Origin: Candidatus Aldehydirespirator sp. | GTDB taxonomy: Bacteria; Actinomycetota; Acidimicrobiia; Acidimicrobiales; Aldehydirespiratoraceae | Length of the DNA: 64,000 nucleotides | Assembly: GCA_965220645.1 (NCBI GenBank) | Contig: OZ244836.1 | Location: forward strand, 1,472,237-1,536,236 | Direction: 5' to 3' | Part shown: piece by piece, positions 25,454-34,294 of the stretch | How the letters are laid out: the number at the start of each line of letters is the position of its first letter | Numbering within the stretch: position 1 is the stretch's first letter | Made by a program: the position numbers and the translations under genes | The notes under the pieces: generated by a model | Seen by the model: only the letters and a program-made list of their open reading frames with translations | Databases searched by the model: none | Told to the model about the DNA's origin: nothing

Positions 25454-25676
25454 CGCCCCACGATACGAGACAGCGGGAGCCTTCTAGCGTCCGACCAGGC
25501 GTCTAAGTTCCGCGTGTCGGAACGCAACCTGCTCTCGGTGCAACCTCCGTTGATTGGGGCTGGCGCATCTGAGATGGATGCCCCAGGATCACATCAAGAC
25601 GAATCACTGAGGATTTATAGATATTTCTGTGATTTTTCGAGTTGTGTTGTCACAGGGGGTGAGTAGAGTGGCAGCC

Positions 25677-27115
25677 ATGGAACGAACAGGTGTTCTGAAT
25701 GGCAGTGGCGAGTCCGGCAGCGGTCTAGCGGACAGGGATGTTGGCTGCTCGAACGGCAGCGAAGTGGAACGCGGATTCTCGGTGCAGGTTCTACTGGAGG
25801 CGGTCTGCGAGGCCTTGAGGTCGGTCTCATTGGAGGGGTTGGACGAGGATGGGCTGTGCCGGGGGGTGGCCGGGGTCGGCCGGGTGAGGGCTCTGGCGGA
25901 TGCTCTGACCCTGCGGGCTGCAAGCGGGTTGGAGGCGCTGAGGGCCGGCTCGGCTCGCGAGGCGCTGGTGGCTGGGGCGAAGCTGTCGGGTCGAGCGGCC
26001 AAGCGGGTCACTGAGGCGGCGAGGCAGGTCGAGGAGATGCCCAACGTCGGGCGGCTGCTTGACGCCGGGGACTTGACGCTTGAGAGCGTGTTCGCGCTCG
26101 GGTCGGCGGCAAGGCAATGCGGCGCGGCGGCGGTGGACGGCTCGGACGAGTTGCTGTACCAGGCCGCCGCCCGAGACTCCGGGTCATTCAGTCGAGTGGC
26201 CCGGAGGTTCGCCCAGCGCCATGATCCGTCGGCGGGCGGTGACCTGCTCAAGGGGCAGCGCAACAGCCGGAAGGCCGACCTGTTCGTCGGCAGCGACGGT
26301 ATGGGCGTGCTGAAGGGCGAGATGGACCCGGTCAGCTTCGGCGTGCTGGAGCAGGCGGTGGACGAGCGCAAAGACTTCCTGTGGCGCAGGGACGGCGGCC
26401 GTGACGGCACCCCCGACGCGGTGCGCAACAACGGTCAGCGGACGATGGACGCCATCTTCGAGTTGTGCACCGGGCTGGACGCTCTGACCCACGAACCCCT
26501 CGCGGCTGCCGACGGCCCGCGGGGTTCGCGGCGCCTGCCGCCGGGTCGGATCATCGCGGTGACTGTGGGGGTGGTTGACGGCACGGACCCCGACGGATCC
26601 TGCGAGATTATCGGGGTCGGGCCGGTTCCCCCGACGGTGCTCGACAGCATCTCGCCCGACGACCGGCTTGTCGGCGCCATCTTCGGCGGGGACGGCGAAC
26701 CACTGTGGTTGGGTCGCATGGAGCGCCTCGCCAACACCGCCCAGTATGTGGCGGTCGCTCTACGGGACCGTGGTTGCGTGCTGTGCCGGGCTCCGATGCA
26801 CCGCTGCAGGCTCCACCACGTCGACGAGCACTGCGCCGATCACGGCGCGACGGACATCGAGAATCTCGTCGCTCTCTCTGCAACAGTTGCCACCTGTGGC
26901 TGCACAGGACCAACCGGCGTGTCGTGCGAGCAGTCGACGGACTCGGAGTCGTCACTTGGTCGACGGCTGCACGCGGAGGGAAGCCGAGGACGGCATATCC
27001 CGCAAGCGGATTCGGTGGCCAAGAAGACAACCCGGTCAACATGATGGAACCCAACAGGACCGATGTTGGCGGTGGCTCTGCGGTACGCGGCCCGCCAGTT
27101 TCGGAGTGCAGGTGA
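25677..27115 (+). pseudogene. DUF222 / HNH endonuclease (13E12-repeat-type), frameshifted inside the HNH motif
   Basis: ORF 25629..27044 runs from the ATG at 25677 to ...RDRGCVLCRAPMHRCRLHHVDEHCADHGATDIENLVAL and then becomes nonsense. The rest of the motif (LCNSCHLWLHRTNRRVVRAVDG...) continues in the frame of ORF 26705..27115. The switch falls at the (CT)4 run at 26872-26879. Confidence 0.7.
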
Positions 27116-27316
27116 TGGAGGTGGCGGCTGGTGCTGTCGAGGAGGGCGCCGATCGGCCGTCGGGACTGGCGGCAGCCATCGCGCTCCAATCGCTTGGGCT
27201 GCTGCCTGCCTCGGCGTATGGGCTGGTGGGTCACTGAACCTCCGATCGTCAGCCGCTACCTTCGATCTCATCGATGAGCCGCAACTGAATCCCCGTCGGG
27301 CTAGGCCCACGGCGGT

Positions 27317-29899
27317 ATGCGGAGCACGAGAAGCCTTAAGAAACAGAGCCTGGAGACGACCGTGTCACCACCACAACAGCAACTGACTACCGCGACTCTC
27401 GACCCCGTCCCGGCCCGCCAGGTGGACGACGTGCCGGTGGCCGAGGAGATGAGCGACTCGTTCCTCGCCTACGCGCTGTCGGTGATCACCGCCCGTGCCA
27501 TCCCCGATGTGCGAGACGGCCTCAAGCCGGTGCAGCGCCGTGTCCTCTGGTCGATGCTGCAGATGGGCCTTCGCCCCGGCACTCCGTACCGCAAGGCGGC
27601 TCGCGTGGTCGGCGACACGATGGGTCGCTACCACCCGCACGGCGACGCGGCCATCTACGACACCCTCGTCCGGATGGGCCAGGACTTCAGCCGCATGGTG
27701 GCGCTCGTGGACCCGCAGGGCAACTTCGGCAGCCTCGACGACCCGCCCGCCGCCGCCCGCTACACGGAGTGCCGGCTGAGCGAGGCGGCCATGGACATGG
27801 TCGGCGAACTCGACGAGGACACCGTCGACTACCGCCCCACCTACGACGGCGAGGACACCGAGCCCGTCGTGCTCCCCGCAGCACTGCCCAATCTGCTCGT
27901 GAACGGCACCGCAGGAATCGCCGTGGGCATGGCCACAAACATGCTTCCCCACAACCTGGCTGAGGTCGGCGACGCCATCGAACTGGTCATGAGCAAGCAG
28001 CCGGGAGAAGCCGGAACGGAGGGCGGGTCGGCGCAGGCAGGCAACAAGTCGAGCCGCAGGCGCCGGCCACGACCGACAACCGACGAGCTCATGGAGGTGG
28101 TTCCCGGCCCCGACTTCCCGGGCGGCGGAATCGTGGTGGCAGACGAAGGTCTCCGGGCCGCTTATGACAGTGGCCGCGGGTCGGTCAGGGTGCGGGCGCG
28201 GGCCAGCGTCGAATCGATCACACGCCGCCGCCAGGCGGTCATCGTCACCGAGCTGCCCCACCTGGTGGGACCCGAACGGGTGGTGTCGCGCATAACCGAG
28301 TTGGTGGGGGCTGGACGGCTTTTGAATATCTCCGGCATTGCCGACTTGAGCGACATGGACGGGCTGCGCCTGCAGATCGATCTGAAGCCGGGAACTGATC
28401 CCGCGACCGTGCTCGCGGAGCTCTACCGGTTGACTCCCCTGGAGGAGAGCCTGAGTGTCAACAACGTGGTGCTGGTTGACGGTGTCCCCACCACAGTCGG
28501 GCTGCGGGAGCTGTGCGAGCACTACGTAGCCCACCGTCTCCAAGTCGTCTTGCGCCGCACCCGCCACCGGCTGCGGCGAGCGGACGAGCGCTTGCACATC
28601 GTGGAGGGCTTGATCGCCGCTCTCGACAACATCGATGACGTAGTGGCCTTGATCCGGGGCTCGAAGGACGCGGCCGAGGCGAGAGCGAGCCTCATGGCCC
28701 GGTTCGGGCTTACCGAAGTTCAGGCAACCCACATACTCGACATGGCGCTTCGGCGGCTCACCGCTCTGGAGCGCGAGAAGCTTGACGCGGAGGCAGAAGC
28801 TCTTCGGGCAGACATCACCGACTTCAAGGAGACTCTTGCCAGCAGGCGTAGGCAGCGGGCCATCGTGCGCAAGGAGTTGCGACGGATCGTCGAGGATCAC
28901 GGCCGCCCGCGGCGCAGCCGGATGGTCACGGCTGAAACCGCGGACCGCGAGCTGGCCAGAAGTTCTCGCAGCGAGGCAGGGACGTCCCCCTCCACCGAGG
29001 CGGACGACGCCGGGCCTGATCTGCCTTGCGTAGTGACAGTGTCGACGAGCGGGAATATCGGACGGGCATCGCTGAAGGGGGACCGGCGCGCGTCTCCCGG
29101 ACGCCACGATCTGATCGCAGCCCGGGTCGTGGCCTCGACCGGAGCACCGGTGGTAGCGGTCACCACCACGGGGCGAACGTTCACCGTGCGCGGCGCCGAG
29201 ATCGAAGAGGCGAACAATCGCGTCCGCGGCGCGGACGCCACGTCCATCTTCGACATGGAGGCCGGCGAGAGAATCCTGGCGCTGGTCGCCGGAGGCAGCG
29301 AGAGGCTCGTAATGGTGACCGCGGGCGGCATCATCAAGAGGATCGACGCTGATGAAGTGCTCGCCACGCCGCCACAGTCCCCGTTGATCGCGTTGGCAGC
29401 GGGCGACCGGGTGGCGTGCGCCTTCACTGCGCCCGACGAAGCGGATCTCGTAGTCGCTGCCGACGACGGCCGGGCGGTCCGGATGGAGGCCTCATCGGTT
29501 CGCGTGCAGCGGCGCGGCGCGGCTGGAATGGCCGGCATCAAGTTGCGTGAGGGTTCCGTGCCGGTAGGCGCTGGAGGCGTGGCCGGCGACCCGGTGCTGA
29601 TGGTCGCCACCAGCGCACCCGGCGCGGGGAGCGGCATCAAGGTCACGCACTGCTCGGAGTTGCCTACCCAGGGCAGGGGAGCGCAGGGCGTGCTCGTCGT
29701 CAAGCTTCAACCCGGGGAGTCCGTAGTTGCCGCGGCAGTAGGTGCCGCCGACGGCATGCTGGCCTTGATGGGTCAGGACGACAATCCCCGCAAGATCGAT
29801 CCCCACCCTGTGCCCGTGCGGGTTGAGCCCACCGCCCGCAATCGCTCGCCCCAGCGCTTCGAGCGGAGCATTCATGTGCTGGCGCCGGGACGGTGGTGA
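27317..29899 (+). CDS. type IIA DNA topoisomerase subunit A (GyrA/ParC family; ParC-like, with no first-blade GyrA box)
   Basis: ORF 27317..29899. Motifs: AIPDVRDGLKPVQRRVLW, GRYHPHGD, catalytic Tyr context AAARYTECRLS. The start could instead be the GTG at 27363. Confidence 0.9.
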   Translation: MRSTRSLKKQSLETTVSPPQQQLTTATLDPVPARQVDDVPVAEEMSDSFLAYALSVITARAIPDVRDGLKPVQRRVLWSMLQMGLRPGTPYRKAARVVGDTMGRYHPHGDAAIYDTLVRMGQDFSRMVALVDPQGNFGSLDDPPAAARYTECRLSEAAMDMVGELDEDTVDYRPTYDGEDTEPVVLPAALPNLLVNGTAGIAVGMATNMLPHNLAEVGDAIELVMSKQPGEAGTEGGSAQAGNKSSRRRRPRPTTDELMEVVPGPDFPGGGIVVADEGLRAAYDSGRGSVRVRARASVESITRRRQAVIVTELPHLVGPERVVSRITELVGAGRLLNISGIADLSDMDGLRLQIDLKPGTDPATVLAELYRLTPLEESLSVNNVVLVDGVPTTVGLRELCEHYVAHRLQVVLRRTRHRLRRADERLHIVEGLIAALDNIDDVVALIRGSKDAAEARASLMARFGLTEVQATHILDMALRRLTALEREKLDAEAEALRADITDFKETLASRRRQRAIVRKELRRIVEDHGRPRRSRMVTAETADRELARSSRSEAGTSPSTEADDAGPDLPCVVTVSTSGNIGRASLKGDRRASPGRHDLIAARVVASTGAPVVAVTTTGRTFTVRGAEIEEANNRVRGADATSIFDMEAGERILALVAGGSERLVMVTAGGIIKRIDADEVLATPPQSPLIALAAGDRVACAFTAPDEADLVVAADDGRAVRMEASSVRVQRRGAAGMAGIKLREGSVPVGAGGVAGDPVLMVATSAPGAGSGIKVTHCSELPTQGRGAQGVLVVKLQPGESVVAAAVGAADGMLALMGQDDNPRKIDPHPVPVRVEPTARNRSPQRFERSIHVLAPGRW

Positions 29900-32196
29900 T
29901 GAGCGTGGCATCGTCGCGCCCGTCAGGAGAGACGTCGGAGGCGCTCGCCTTGCCGCTGCTGCCGGACTCTGAGGTGGACCCTGCCCCCGAGCCGGGCGTT
30001 CCATCCCATGCCGGCGCAGCCTCAAACGGGCCGGCCCGTCGCCGCAGGGCGGCCGGGGCACGCAGCGACACCAGCTCGAACCACGCCCATGACTCCGCTC
30101 GGAACGCCCCCCGTCCCGGCAGCACCTACGACGCAGACTCCATAGAGACGCTCGAGGGCCTGGAAGCTGTCCGCAAGCGCCCGGCCATGTACATCGGCGG
30201 CAACGGCTCCGAGGGCCTTATGCACCTTATCTGGGAGATCGTCGACAACGCCGTGGACGAGGCCGCGGCAGGTTTCGCCAACAAGGTGGTCGTGACATTG
30301 CGCCGCGACGGGTCGATCGAGGTAACGGACAACGGCCGGGGCATTCCCGTCGACAAGCACCCCGATCGCGAGGTGTCAGCCCTGGAAGTGGTGTTCACCG
30401 AGCTTCACGCGGGCGGGAAGTTCGGTGAGGGCGCCTACAAGGCCTCCGGTGGGCTGCATGGCGTCGGCGCGTCGGTTGTCAACGCCCTGTCCACTCGACT
30501 CGATGTAGAGGTACGTCGCGACGGGTGCGTCCACGAGTTGAGCTTCAAGGATCAGGAGCCGGGCCACTTCGACGGAAACAAGTTCGTCTCCAGCAGCAAC
30601 GTCCGTCCCTCCAGCCGGCGAACCAAGGCAACCGGTACAAGGGTGAAGTTCTGGCCGGACACGGATCTCTTCCATCCCGATGCACGCATCGATGCCGACG
30701 AAGTGCGCAGCCGGGTCAGGCAGATGTGCTACCTGGTGCCGGGTTTGAGGATGACGGTTGCCGACAACCGGGCCGGTGAGAGTGTCGAGCCCTTCGACTT
30801 CGTGAGCAGGGGTGGTCTCGCCGACTTGGTGAAGGAGCGCTCCGAACGGTCTGGCGACCACGCCGTCAGCGGCGTGATCACGGTCAACGGCATCGAGCGC
30901 TTCACCGAGAAGGTCCCCGTCGACGGCAAGATCACCGAAGTTGAGCGGGAGTGCACCGTCGACATCGCACTCCGCTGGGTGTCGGGATACGACAGCGATG
31001 TGCGATCGTTCGTGAACACGATCCCCACCAGTTCCGGCGGTACCCACCTGGCCGGGTTCGACAAGGCGCTGACGCGAGTGGTCAACGGGGTGCTGCTCAA
31101 GGACAATCGCAAGCTTGCCCGGCTGGCCCGCGACACCGGCGGGACAGGCGCCAAGAACGGACGGAGCAGCGCGGCCAAGACCAGTGCCACCAAGGACGAC
31201 GTGCGCGAGGGTCTGGTGGCGGCGGTCAAGGTGACGTTCTCGGAGCCGCAGTTCCGGGGCCAGACCAAACAGGAACTGGGTACGCCGGCTATCGAGGGCA
31301 TCGTGGCCAGGATCACCTACGAGCAGCTCAAGGAGTGGTTCGAGCCCGGAGGGGGTCCCCGGTCGCAGGTGAAGGCCATCGGCGACAAACTGGCCGCCGC
31401 GGTAGTGAACCGGGTCGCTTCCAAGCAGATGCTCGACACCAAGCGCAAGGCGGCGAGCCTCGGTTCCACCGGCATGCCCGACAAGCTGGCCGACTGCCGG
31501 GTCCACGGTCCCGAAGCCGAGCTGATCCTGGTGGAGGGCGACTCGGCGGCGGGCCCGGCCAAGCGGGGCCGAGATTCGGAGTTCATGGCCATCCTGCCGT
31601 TGCGAGGCAAGATCGTGAATGCGGCCAAGGCAAGCGCCAAGCAGGTTCTCGACAACACCGAAGCGCAGGCGATCTTCACCGCCATGGGCGCGGGCGCGGG
31701 CGACGCCTTCGATATCGACGCTACTCGCTACGGCCGGATCGTCATCCTGTGTGACGCCGACGTGGACGGCAGCCACATCCGCTGCCTGCTGCTGACCTTG
31801 ATCCACGGGTACATGAGGGAGATGCTCGTTCAGGGCCGCGTCTTCTCGGCCCAGCCGCCGCTGTACACCGCCAAGGTCGGGGACCGGACCTACCGGGCTT
31901 TTTCGGACGACGAGCGCGATCGGGTCACCGACGAGCTCTGCCGGGGCAATCGCAGGCGCGACAGCGTGAAGTGGCAGCGCTTCAAGGGCCTGGGGGAGAT
32001 GAACACCGACGAACTCCGGCACTGTGCGCTGGATCCTGCGACTCGCACCCTGCGCCGCCTCACCATGGCCGACGCCCAGCAGGCCGACGCGGCGGCCGAG
32101 ATGTTCGACGTACTGATGGGCAGCGACGTGGCCTTGCGGCGCGACTACCTGGTCGAGAACTCCTCGGTGGTGGACGAGGAGACGCTCGACATCTAG
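29899..32196 (+). CDS. type IIA DNA topoisomerase subunit B (GyrB/ParE family) with an N-terminal extension of about 75 aa and low complexity
   Basis: ORF 29893..32196. The ATG at 29899 overlaps the subunit A stop (TGATG), and GTGs at 29893 and 29896 are also possible. Motifs: EIVDNAVDEA, DNGRGIP, GGLHGVG, EGDSAAG, PLRGKIVN, DADVDGSHI, QPPLY. Confidence 0.9.
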   Translation: MSVASSRPSGETSEALALPLLPDSEVDPAPEPGVPSHAGAASNGPARRRRAAGARSDTSSNHAHDSARNAPRPGSTYDADSIETLEGLEAVRKRPAMYIGGNGSEGLMHLIWEIVDNAVDEAAAGFANKVVVTLRRDGSIEVTDNGRGIPVDKHPDREVSALEVVFTELHAGGKFGEGAYKASGGLHGVGASVVNALSTRLDVEVRRDGCVHELSFKDQEPGHFDGNKFVSSSNVRPSSRRTKATGTRVKFWPDTDLFHPDARIDADEVRSRVRQMCYLVPGLRMTVADNRAGESVEPFDFVSRGGLADLVKERSERSGDHAVSGVITVNGIERFTEKVPVDGKITEVERECTVDIALRWVSGYDSDVRSFVNTIPTSSGGTHLAGFDKALTRVVNGVLLKDNRKLARLARDTGGTGAKNGRSSAAKTSATKDDVREGLVAAVKVTFSEPQFRGQTKQELGTPAIEGIVARITYEQLKEWFEPGGGPRSQVKAIGDKLAAAVVNRVASKQMLDTKRKAASLGSTGMPDKLADCRVHGPEAELILVEGDSAAGPAKRGRDSEFMAILPLRGKIVNAAKASAKQVLDNTEAQAIFTAMGAGAGDAFDIDATRYGRIVILCDADVDGSHIRCLLLTLIHGYMREMLVQGRVFSAQPPLYTAKVGDRTYRAFSDDERDRVTDELCRGNRRRDSVKWQRFKGLGEMNTDELRHCALDPATRTLRRLTMADAQQADAAAEMFDVLMGSDVALRRDYLVENSSVVDEETLDI

Positions 32197-32269
32197 CCGC
32201 GGCACAACTTGTTCGTTCCTGCGGGTCGACATCCCTGCTGATGTCACACCGATGAGCTAGAACGGCGGG

Positions 32270-33160
32270 ATGCAGCTTGAGTTCGATCCCGGCGACATGC
32301 TCGATCCTGCAGGTGTCGGCGCGGTCGGGCACGACGGTCGCCCGAGCCCGCCTGAGAGGCTGTCCCCGTCGGGCGCGGCGACCTTCGAGCAATGCCCCCG
32401 TCGCTGGCGGTTCCGCTACGTCGACCGCCTGCCCGACCCTCCGGGGGTGGACGCCCTCGTAGGCACGTTCGCCCATCAGGTGCTCGAGCACCTGATGGAG
32501 AGGCAGCCGAGTCGGCGCACCAAGGACGACGCCCGGCGGATCGCACGGACGTTGTGGCTGGAGATCGCCAATAGCGAGGACTATCGCGATCTGGAGCTTG
32601 ACGACGAGCAGGCCTTGGAGTTCCGCTGGAAGGCTTGGACAGCGATCGAGGGTCTCTGGCATCTGGAGGACCCCGCCTGCGTGGATGTGCGGGCCACGGA
32701 GCAGCAAGTGTCGGTGGTGCTGGACGGCGTGCCCTTCCGGGGCGTCGTGGATCGGGTCGAGTCCGAGCCGGACGGCCTGGTGATCAGCGACTACAAGTCG
32801 GGCCGAGCACCCTCGGCACGCTATGCGCCGAGCCGGCTGCAGCAGGTGCTGCTATATGCGGCGGCCATAGCTGCCGACACGGGCGAGCAGCCGGCAAGGG
32901 CCCAACTGCTGTATCTGGGACAGCGAATCGTGGCCACTGAGGTGACTCCGGTCGAGCTGGGCGGGGCGGTCGAACAGCTGAAGTCCACCTGGGGCGCCAT
33001 CGCGGATGCCTGTGACGGTGATGACTTCTCGGCCCGGCCCGGTCCGCTATGCGGCTACTGCGCGTACACCGAGCGCTGCCCCGAGGGAGAAGCCGAGAAC
33101 CGGCGGCGAGCAGAGCAGCGAGCCGCCGAGGGGGAATACCTGCTGAAGTTGGCCGGCTAG
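32270..33160 (+). CDS. PD-(D/E)XK nuclease (RecB-family / Cas4-like, with Cys cluster)
   Basis: ORF 32270..33160. N-terminal CPRRWRFRY, then DRVE...ISDYKSG, and C-terminal CGYCAYTERCPEG. Confidence 0.8.
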   Translation: MQLEFDPGDMLDPAGVGAVGHDGRPSPPERLSPSGAATFEQCPRRWRFRYVDRLPDPPGVDALVGTFAHQVLEHLMERQPSRRTKDDARRIARTLWLEIANSEDYRDLELDDEQALEFRWKAWTAIEGLWHLEDPACVDVRATEQQVSVVLDGVPFRGVVDRVESEPDGLVISDYKSGRAPSARYAPSRLQQVLLYAAAIAADTGEQPARAQLLYLGQRIVATEVTPVELGGAVEQLKSTWGAIADACDGDDFSARPGPLCGYCAYTERCPEGEAENRRRAEQRAAEGEYLLKLAG

Positions 33161-33432
33161 CGAGCGCGGCGCTTCCAGATCCTCCATAGCCAGCGCAGAG
33201 CCACCAGCCCTACCGCTGCGCCCAACACGGTCGAGATTCCCACCGAATACAGCAGCCGCTCGCTCCAGGCGTTGGGCGGTTCGGGCGCCATCCCGGGATC
33301 CGGTGCCGCAAGGGGCTCATCGTCGTTGGGCCGCGGCGGATCGACCACCGGGTCAAGGAGGGTGTCGACGACCGAGGACGCTTGCCCGTTGGGCCGGTAA
33401 CGGGGTTGGTCACGCTGGGGGTCATAGGTCAT
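33157..33432 (-). CDS. small proline-rich protein with a C-terminal TM anchor
   Basis: ORF 33157..33432. It ends LLYSVGISTVLGAAVGLVALRWLWRIWKRRAR. It overlaps the ParA 3' end by 11 nt. Confidence 0.45.
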   Translation of the reverse strand: MTYDPQRDQPRYRPNGQASSVVDTLLDPVVDPPRPNDDEPLAAPDPGMAPEPPNAWSERLLYSVGISTVLGAAVGLVALRWLWRIWKRRAR

Positions 33433-34216
33433 TGCGATCCTCCGGGGTGCCTACGCCGACAACCAGATCGTAGACCTGATCGAACTCGGCACACGCCTCC
33501 GCCGCGCCTCGGCGGGGCGGAAGGGCATGAATGGGAAGCGAGCGCGCCGCAGCCTCCGCAACCGCGGCCCGCAAGCGGATCGGGGGCAGCACCAGTCGCC
33601 CGTGGTCGGCGATGAGCTGTTCGTTCCAGTAGCGCGAGTCGCGGGTACGGGCGAGGCGATTAACGGCCACTCCCGCGACTCTGAGGCCTGACGGTTTCCT
33701 GGCCGCGACGCGTTCGATGGTCCGCAAGATCTCGCTGACGCCGTCCGAGGCCCACGCGCTCGGCTCGGTCACTACAAGGGCTGCGTCCGCGGCGAACAAG
33801 GCGTTGATCGTCAAGAGTCCGAGCGACGGGGGGCAGTCGATCAGCACGAGGTTCGGGTACCCCGCCAGAGCCACCCGGAGGCGGTCTTGGGCGCCGACGG
33901 GGTCGGAGAGCAACTGCCGCTCCCGACCCGCGAGGGCTGGAGTGGATGCCACGAGCTGCGGCGGGAGGCCCTTGTCGTCGGGCCATCCGGATGGAACGGC
34001 CAGAGTTGCAATGACTCCGGGTCGGTCGGAGGCCAGTGCCTCGTCCACGGTTGTGGTAGGCGCCCACAACCGGAGTCCGGTGGTCGCGTTTCCCTGCGGG
34101 TCCAAGTCGATCACGAGGCTCGGAGTCCGTCGCGCCCAGGCGGCCGACGCCAGCCCGAGTGCTGTGGTCGTCTTGCCGACTCCGCCCTTCTGGTTGACCA
34201 GAGCGATCACTGCCAT
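33422..34216 (-). CDS. ParA/Soj-family ATPase (no adjacent parB)
   Basis: Tail of ORF 33422..34552, from the ATG at 34216. Deviant Walker A in MAVIALVNQKGGVGKTTTALGLA, followed by DLDPQGN. Confidence 0.85.
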   Translation of the reverse strand: MAVIALVNQKGGVGKTTTALGLASAAWARRTPSLVIDLDPQGNATTGLRLWAPTTTVDEALASDRPGVIATLAVPSGWPDDKGLPPQLVASTPALAGRERQLLSDPVGAQDRLRVALAGYPNLVLIDCPPSLGLLTINALFAADAALVVTEPSAWASDGVSEILRTIERVAARKPSGLRVAGVAVNRLARTRDSRYWNEQLIADHGRLVLPPIRLRAAVAEAAARSLPIHALPPRRGAAEACAEFDQVYDLVVGVGTPEDRNDL

Positions 34217-34237
34217 GTCTGCACGGTAGCCAAGCAA

Positions 34238-34258
34238 GATGATGCCACGCGCATCATC
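34238..34258. promoter_or_regulatory. 8-bp inverted repeat in the ParA/MgtE divergent region (candidate operator)
   Basis: GATGATGC-cacgc-GCATCATC, read directly in the 78-nt divergent intergenic region. Confidence 0.3.
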
Positions 34259-34294
34259 GCGCCGAAGTGCCGCTTGATAGAGCACACTTTCTGC

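Noticed and set aside
29480-29530. QRRGAAG in the topoisomerase A C-terminal domain read as a GyrA box, which would imply gyrase.
   Set aside because: The true GyrA box sits on the first beta-pinwheel blade, whereas this motif is in a late blade. Similar RGxxG motifs recur in every blade, for example QGRGAQG near the C-terminus.
33157-33160. The shared CTAG stop palindrome of two convergent genes as a functional signal.
   Set aside because: A 4-nt overlap of convergent stops is a trivial consequence of TAG being half of a palindrome.
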